Shown here: piece after piece, positions 58,573 to 64,000 of the stretch
Numbering within the stretch: position 1 is the stretch's first letter
Layout of the letters: the number at the start of each line of letters is the position of its first letter
From: Candidatus Falkowbacteria bacterium
GTDB taxonomy: Bacteria > Patescibacteriota > Patescibacteriia > Patescibacteriales > UBA12465
DNA length: 64,000 bases
Direction: 5' to 3'
Assembly (NCBI GenBank): GCA_016432645.1
Contig: CP066698.1
Coordinates: 325,062 to 389,061, forward strand
The notes under the pieces: generated by a model
The model's database searches: none
What the model was told of the DNA's origin: nothing
The model's input: only the letters and a program-made list of their open reading frames with translations
Program-made: the position numbers and the translations under genes

Positions 58573-59688
58573 TTATTTATTTTTATGTTTCTTAGTTTTT
58601 TCCGGAGACTCTTGCGATTCTTTACTTTCAACTACTGCTGGCGCCTCACAGAATTCCATTTGATAAATATGAAATACGGAAGCGGCAATCGCAATAATAA
58701 GCGGACCCAAAACTACGCCCCAAAAACCGAATAGGGTAATTCCGCCTAAGATAGAAAGTAAAACAAAGATTGGGTTAACCTCCGCCTTCCCTTTAATCAT
58801 GTAAGCTCTGATAATGTTATCAATGGTACCAATTACTAAAAATCCCCAAAGCAGAATAAAGGCTCCCTGCCAAATATCACCTACCAATAAATAATAAATA
58901 CCAACCGGGATATAAAATATCATTGAACCTAAATAAGGAATCAGAGATAAAATAGCAATCAAGACGCCGGCCAAAAATGGTGGAAATCCGACAATGGCAA
59001 ACCCGATAGCACCGACCGCCCCTTGAGCAATGGCTGTCACAAAGGTAGAAATAAAAGTCGTGTAGCTAACCGCCCGAAATTTTTGAAAAATTTCAATATC
59101 ATATTTATCAGGCAGCGGCGATAGAAGCATTAATTTTTCCAACATTTTTTTGCCATCCACAAAAAAGAAAAACATCGTTAAGATTATCATCAGCAGTGAA
59201 ACAATAAAATTTGTAGTTTCTTTGACGGCAATAGTTGCCCCGGAAATCAGCCAATTACTGGAACTCTCAACTATTCTTAAAACGGTATTCTTAAAGGTCT
59301 CGTGCTTTTGGGCAAAACTGATAATATCAAAATTATCCAAAAAGCTATATTTAAACGCTTCGGTTTTGAAAATATCATTAACATCATGATTGTTAAAAAA
59401 TTCCATTGTCTGCGAATAAGCCGTGACTGATTTTTCGCCGGCATAAATAAAAGCCTTAACTAAAGGCACGACAATCACCAGCATTAAAAATAGACACATT
59501 AGCAGTGCCGCTAAATTGCGGCGGCCTTTCAAGCCTTTAACCAAAAGTTCATAAGGGCGATAAAATATTGAAACCAGAATTACCGCCACAAAAATCTCTG
59601 TTAAAAATGGTCGGAACACAAAATAACAGCCGATTAAAACCAAAAACACCAAAATCAGCAGAAACGGTTTGGTTAAAGTTTTTGACAT
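58573..59688 (-). CDS. AI-2E (UPF0118) family transporter
   Basis: Start taken at MSKTL (59688); FFFFVDG, IPYLGS, DNIIR and GG...FG.WG..LGP. Confidence 0.9.
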   Translation of the reverse strand: MSKTLTKPFLLILVFLVLIGCYFVFRPFLTEIFVAVILVSIFYRPYELLVKGLKGRRNLAALLMCLFLMLVIVVPLVKAFIYAGEKSVTAYSQTMEFFNNHDVNDIFKTEAFKYSFLDNFDIISFAQKHETFKNTVLRIVESSSNWLISGATIAVKETTNFIVSLLMIILTMFFFFVDGKKMLEKLMLLSPLPDKYDIEIFQKFRAVSYTTFISTFVTAIAQGAVGAIGFAIVGFPPFLAGVLIAILSLIPYLGSMIFYIPVGIYYLLVGDIWQGAFILLWGFLVIGTIDNIIRAYMIKGKAEVNPIFVLLSILGGITLFGFWGVVLGPLIIAIAASVFHIYQMEFCEAPAVVESKESQESPEKTKKHKNK

Positions 59689-59751
59689 ATTGATGTTAAT
59701 TTTTGGCCGCGCTCCGTAAAATCGGAGTGACAAGAAACGGACAAAAAATTA

Positions 59752-59907
59752 TTATTTAGTCTCCTTATGAATAGTGTGCGCCTTGCATTTATTGCAGTAC
59801 TTTTTCATTTCCAAGCGCTCTTTCAAAGTTTTTTTGTTTTTGTGAGAATGGTAGTTAGTAGTTTTACAAACAGTACATTCCAGCTTGATCATGTTGTCTT
59901 GGGACAT
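59752..59907 (-). CDS. rpmG: 50S ribosomal protein L33 (Zn-binding form)
   Basis: [16 protein letters not shown]...KN.....[15 protein letters not shown]. Confidence 0.95.
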   Translation of the reverse strand: MSQDNMIKLECTVCKTTNYHSHKNKKTLKERLEMKKYCNKCKAHTIHKETK

Positions 59908-59985
59908 ATTTATTAGTTCATTATTCTTACCTCCTAACAATATATAAAAACTCGCTAAAAGTCAACTATCATTGGTAAAATTGGG

Positions 59986-60882
59986 CTATTTCTGGCAATA
60001 ATCGCAATAATGAGTGCCTCGACCGGCTAATTTGGTCTTAATAAGCGGCTGCCGGCATTTTGGACAAGGTAATTTCCCGCGGCCATAGACCTTGAGCAAT
60101 CGCGAAAAATTCCCCTTCTTCCCTGCAGAATCTACATAATTATTAAAGGTCGTCCCCCGACTAGCAATCGCTTTTTTAATGACTTTATTGATTTCTTGAT
60201 AAAGCTTCTTAACCTCCAGCGCCTTTAAACTGGCGACTATACGCATTGGCTTAATGCCGGCGGCAAACAAAGCTTCGTCAACATAGATATTCCCCAAACC
60301 AGCAATTATTTTTTGATCCAATAAAAAGGCTTTGATATTCTTTTTTTTATTTTTTAACTTCCCCTCCAAGTAGGCGGCCGATAGCCCCGGAGTAAGTGGT
60401 TCTGGTCCGTAGCCGGCCTTTAAAATTCGAGCCAGTTCTAAATCATTAACAATTTTCAAGTAACCGAACTTGCGCAAATCATTAAAAAATAATTTTGTCC
60501 CGCCTTTAAATTCAATTACCGCCCGCGTATATTTATTAGGCAATTCCCCTCCCACGGAATCAGCAAAAGAGTTGCCGCCCAAACTGTGGCCACCGCCAAT
60601 TTTTTTGGCTCCGGCTGCCAATATTAATTGACCGGTCATCTTAAGATGAATCAAAAGATAATTCTGTATTTCAGTCTTTGTCTTAGACTTAATTTTTAAA
60701 ATTAATAATTTCCCAGTCCGAGATATTTCCGCGACTTTATGACCCTTTAAGGCCCCAACAAAAAAAGCCGCCTTATTTTTTGCGGTTTTTAAAAATAGTA
60801 GTTTAACGGCGCTAATCTCTTGACCTACAATACTAGAGGCCAAATCACGCCGGATAGTTTCCACTTCCGGAAGTTCTGGCAT
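59986..60882 (-). CDS. mutM: Formamidopyrimidine-DNA glycosylase
   Basis: Start MPELPEVE (60882); HLKMTG, D.RKFG, GLGNIY and C-terminal Zn finger. Confidence 0.96.
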   Translation of the reverse strand: MPELPEVETIRRDLASSIVGQEISAVKLLFLKTAKNKAAFFVGALKGHKVAEISRTGKLLILKIKSKTKTEIQNYLLIHLKMTGQLILAAGAKKIGGGHSLGGNSFADSVGGELPNKYTRAVIEFKGGTKLFFNDLRKFGYLKIVNDLELARILKAGYGPEPLTPGLSAAYLEGKLKNKKKNIKAFLLDQKIIAGLGNIYVDEALFAAGIKPMRIVASLKALEVKKLYQEINKVIKKAIASRGTTFNNYVDSAGKKGNFSRLLKVYGRGKLPCPKCRQPLIKTKLAGRGTHYCDYCQK

Positions 60883-60892
60883 AAACGTAGTT

Positions 60893-60997
60893 TTAAAATG
60901 CAAGGAGAAGAATAATAACAATCGTTAAAGACAGGAGTCCGATAGCGAACATCTTAGCTAAACCGACGCCAATTTTATCAGGATTAATGATTGCCAT
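60893..60997 (-). CDS. Small (34 aa) single-TM protein, not in the ORF track
   Basis: MAIINPDKIGVGLAKMFAIGLLSLTIVIILLLAF-stop; TATAAT 8 nt upstream; ends 10 nt before mutM. Confidence 0.55.
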   Translation of the reverse strand: MAIINPDKIGVGLAKMFAIGLLSLTIVIILLLAF

Positions 60998-61191
60998 ATA
61001 AAGATATTATAGCTCTTCAAAAATAAAAAAGGAAGACTAATATTTGTAAATAACTTTATTTTAATATCATTCAAACTACAAAAGTCATAGTTTTATCTAT
61101 TGACATAATCACGATATGCTGATATCGTATAATGTTACTTTTATATAAGAAGTAACTGAACATTAACATAATAATTAAAGGAGGATATATC

Positions 61192-61923
61192 ATGGATGCA
61201 AAAATCATTAGAGGCAACCTTTTAGGTGCGCCGATTTCAGGAAATTATGTGAATATTGACAATGCGGACGTCGGAGTATTATTAGGAGCCGCAGCTGGCC
61301 TGGCAAAAACCTTATTCATTGCAGGTGCGGCCGCCGGGATTATTCAAACTCTTCTCCATATTTACGCTAATGTGGAGACAAAAGAGGAAGGCGAAGAAGA
61401 AAGAGTAAAAAGGGAGGAAAATGAAAAAAAAGAAAAAGCAGGACAAGAACTCATCCCATGGGGGACTTTAGTGCAAGTAGTAAGCTGGCGACCTAAAGGA
61501 CTAAGAAAAATAAACCGTAAATTTTGCGGCACTTGTCTAAACGAAACCATTACTATCGCCTGCGATTCGCACAATCTGATTATCCCGATTAGCCAAATTA
61601 GAGGATATCAGAATTCTATAAAAGAGCACTTCAAATTATTTAGCCTGAGGCGGCATTTTTACCACGAAGCTAAAATTACTCTTTTTGACGGCTCTATTTA
61701 CAGGGGCAAGATAGAATCTCCGGAAAAATTTGATTTTTTAACGCCGATTGGCAATCAATCTATTTTAATTAATGATTTTCTAACGGAAACCTGCATAAAA
61801 AACGTCGTAGTTAAGGATGTTGAATTGCTCAGAGTTAGTATGATTAAGTTCATTGAAGAAAATCATAAAAAATTAGAGGATTACCTCGGAAAAGAAAATC
61901 TTGAACAATTTTTTCGCACTTAA
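61192..61923 (+). CDS. Hypothetical protein with an N-terminal hydrophobic segment
   Basis: 243 aa; strong SD AAGGAGG; TTGACA at 61100; downstream terminator. Confidence 0.75.
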   Translation: MDAKIIRGNLLGAPISGNYVNIDNADVGVLLGAAAGLAKTLFIAGAAAGIIQTLLHIYANVETKEEGEEERVKREENEKKEKAGQELIPWGTLVQVVSWRPKGLRKINRKFCGTCLNETITIACDSHNLIIPISQIRGYQNSIKEHFKLFSLRRHFYHEAKITLFDGSIYRGKIESPEKFDFLTPIGNQSILINDFLTETCIKNVVVKDVELLRVSMIKFIEENHKKLEDYLGKENLEQFFRT

Positions 61924-61937
61924 CAAAACGATCAAAC

Positions 61938-61966
61938 AAAAAAGACCTAAAAAATAGGTCTTTTTT
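61938..61966. terminator. Bidirectional terminator
   Basis: AAAAAAGACCTA-AAAAA-TAGGTCTTTTTT. Confidence 0.8.
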
Positions 61967-61975
61967 ATTAAAATG

Positions 61976-62059
61976 TGGGCCGAGTAGGATTCGAACCTAC
62001 GAAGGCACAAGGCCAGCAGATTTACAGTCTGCCCCAGTTGACCGCTTTGGTATCGACCC
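61976..62059 (-). tRNA. tRNA-Tyr(GTA)
   Basis: GGGTCGA acceptor, GCAGA-CTGTAAA-TCTGC anticodon arm, long variable arm, canonical GGTTCGAATCC, discriminator A. Confidence 0.96.
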
Positions 62060-62118
62060 GTTTATATTTGTTCTTATGATAAATAAAATATTTCTTTCTG
62101 TCAAACCATAAGAAACAA

Positions 62119-62487
62119 CTACTTTTTAATGCCCTCGATGAGGACGCGGACCAAGCCATAAGCGGAGAAAATGATAGCGAGTCCAATGGCCGACCAGACA
62201 ATTGTGTCCCGGCCTTTCTTAACTTTATCGGCACTACCGGAAGAAGTCATCCAGGTTATGCCACCATAAACAAACATAAGCAAAGCAATGGAACCGACAA
62301 CCCCCAGAACTGTGTTAATGATCTTACCAATTAAGGCTTGGGGGGTCTCAATGGTACCGAGAGGGTTGGTTAAACAAGTGCCGGAACCACTGGGGCAGCT
62401 AGGCGTATTATCTGCTAAAACCGGAATAGCAACAAATATTGAAAAGGTTATGAGACTAAGAAAAAGAAAAGATAATAATTTTTTCAT
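62119..62487 (-). CDS. CPR-type pilin (TrbC/VirB2-like)
   Basis: Signal peptide, Cys pair, LTNPL, two hydrophobic helices with YGG..W.TS.G..K...I.W...GL. Confidence 0.75.
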   Translation of the reverse strand: MKKLLSFLFLSLITFSIFVAIPVLADNTPSCPSGSGTCLTNPLGTIETPQALIGKIINTVLGVVGSIALLMFVYGGITWMTSSGSADKVKKGRDTIVWSAIGLAIIFSAYGLVRVLIEGIKK

Positions 62488-62523
62488 ATTTTTATATATA
62501 TTTTAATAATAACATTTTTGAAT

Positions 62524-62567
62524 AAAAAAAAGAAGGGGTTGCAACATATTATTGTCACTTCCCCTTC
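62524..62567 (-). terminator. Probable terminator
   Basis: GAAGGGG...CCCCTTC stem next to an A-run. Confidence 0.55.
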
Positions 62568-62579
62568 AAACATATCCTT

Positions 62580-63338
62580 CTAATTAACCACCATTTTGAT
62601 GGTAACCAATTCTTTGGATTTTAATTTAAATCTCGGAGTTTCGTAATACGGAGACTTAGTTTCGATACCTGGGGCATCATGGACCAATTTGCCATCGGCA
62701 AATGCAATGTCATAACCATTATTAGTTTGTGAAGCTAATAAATATTTATTGCACTGCTGAGCGCTAACTACTCTAACGGTAAATGGAGTTTCTCCTTTTA
62801 CATCAATGTAATAAGTGCCTTTAGTAAAAATAGAATCTTTTACCATAGAAATTGACTTGGTCGGTTCCGACTTCACTAGCGGCTGAATGGCAACCGGTTC
62901 TTCTTTATCCTTTTTTGGATAAAAGAGATTATCGATGCTATCCATCATTGCTTTGGCTTCTTCTACTTTTCCTTTTTTAAGGAGAACGGCATATTCGCCA
63001 AGCAGATTATTCTTCTGCCGATTTTTTTCAGCTTCCAAAATCAGGTCAGCTTTAACTTGTACGGAGTCAACTGCTTTGCTAATAAACAAATCAGTTTTTA
63101 AATTCCCCCAAGTACTTTTACTGGCCGTGATGGGCAAATAACTAGTGAACACTGTCCAACCGACAATTGCTATTGCAGGAATGTACAACAAGCGGCTGTA
63201 CTTTTCCGCAAACCAAATAAAATTAATAACTAAAGCTGTCGCCCAGACGCTCCAATTAAAAACTAAATGGCAAACAATTCCAATCACTACGGAGGCAATC
63301 ACTAATTTCCAATAAGATAACTTTATTATTTCTTTCAT
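62580..63338 (-). CDS. Hypothetical membrane protein
   Basis: N-terminal TMs followed by a soluble domain. Confidence 0.7.
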   Translation of the reverse strand: MKEIIKLSYWKLVIASVVIGIVCHLVFNWSVWATALVINFIWFAEKYSRLLYIPAIAIVGWTVFTSYLPITASKSTWGNLKTDLFISKAVDSVQVKADLILEAEKNRQKNNLLGEYAVLLKKGKVEEAKAMMDSIDNLFYPKKDKEEPVAIQPLVKSEPTKSISMVKDSIFTKGTYYIDVKGETPFTVRVVSAQQCNKYLLASQTNNGYDIAFADGKLVHDAPGIETKSPYYETPRFKLKSKELVTIKMVVN

Positions 63339-63401
63339 TTTTTTATCCCCGTCCTTACTTTACTCGGACGGGGTCTCTTTTTTTTGTTTTTAACTAATCA
63401 A

Positions 63402-63944
63402 TTAATGACGAAATATTGCCCTGAAAATTGCGGGCACGAATTCTACTAAAGCATCACTCGCTAAATGGACCGGAAACTCGTTCCACATAGTCTCTTTATG
63501 AGCATGGTTAGGGGTTGTGGCCGATGATGATGCCGGCTCAGAAGACGTTGAGGCTGAGATGTTTGCTTTGTTCCGGGCCACTGAATAAGCGCCAGACCAA
63601 GCAACTAAACGCTCAAACCAAGGATCACCGGCCTGAGCATATTCTCTATCCATCAAACGTTCAACAACAATACCAAACTCTTCGGCGATTTCCTCGCGTA
63701 AAGATAACGGACCATAAATTAAGAAAATAATGGTTAAAATAACCGCTATCTTCCAAATTAAATGATGCCAATGACCGGGAACTTCGGTCGGCGCAATTTG
63801 CGGAGTCGGAATTTTATTGTTGGCGATAGCGTTATCACCAAAAACACTTTTCCAGGCCCTTTTATACCAAGGTTTGGGAGTTTCGGCGGACTTAGCTTTA
63901 GTGGCTGGTTCAGCTGCATTAATACTGGCGTAAGCGTCCGTCAT
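63402..63944 (-). CDS. Hypothetical membrane protein
   Basis: 180 aa; one TM near aa 62-80. Confidence 0.6.
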   Translation of the reverse strand: MTDAYASINAAEPATKAKSAETPKPWYKRAWKSVFGDNAIANNKIPTPQIAPTEVPGHWHHLIWKIAVILTIIFLIYGPLSLREEIAEEFGIVVERLMDREYAQAGDPWFERLVAWSGAYSVARNKANISASTSSEPASSSATTPNHAHKETMWNEFPVHLASDALVEFVPAIFRAIFRH

Positions 63945-64000
63945 AACCCGATTATAGACAAGTTCTTGTTTTGAAAACCCGTCATCATTTCGAAACCAAC

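Noticed and set aside
61192..62059. Integrated element at tRNA-Tyr
   Set aside because: No integrase, and I found no duplicated tRNA 3' end (att site).
1..64000. CRISPR array, rRNA, IS element or alternative genetic code
   Set aside because: I saw no repeat-spacer periodicity, rRNA motifs or transposase, and conserved genes are full length with TGA used as stop.

Overview
AT-rich bacterial chromosome segment using the standard code (TGA acts as stop). Gene content and style point to a Patescibacteria/CPR (Parcubacteria-like) genome, which is an inference from a DUF4012 protein, a VirB2/TrbC-like pilin, a sigma-70 region-4 plus HTH protein, a short TsaB, a giant GNVGIGT-repeat surface protein, a reduced dcw cluster and several apparently leaderless genes. 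Most of the window is housekeeping: tgt, glycosyltransferases, rfbA/rfbD, mraZ-rsmH-ftsL-ftsI-murF, tsaB-dus-cysS, rnhB, typA, hisS, rarA, greA, asnS, purM/purC/purE, ABC-F, rubrerythrin, rpmG, mutM and tRNA-Tyr. I saw no CRISPR array, rRNA, transposase, integrase or reverse transcriptase. The best leads are: (1) an HTH plus LAGLIDADG-like ORF whose last codons and stop lie inside a tRNA-Trp with a strongly non-canonical elbow; (2) an EamA/DMT transporter fused to a riboflavin kinase domain; (3) a three-member ECF-sigma regulon readable from the DNA as GAAG-N16-CGTATTA; (4) a structured ~215-nt candidate ncRNA bounded by a promoter and a terminator; (5) a boxA-like leader motif shared by stand-alone orphan genes. 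All family assignments come from motif recognition by eye; no database searches were run.
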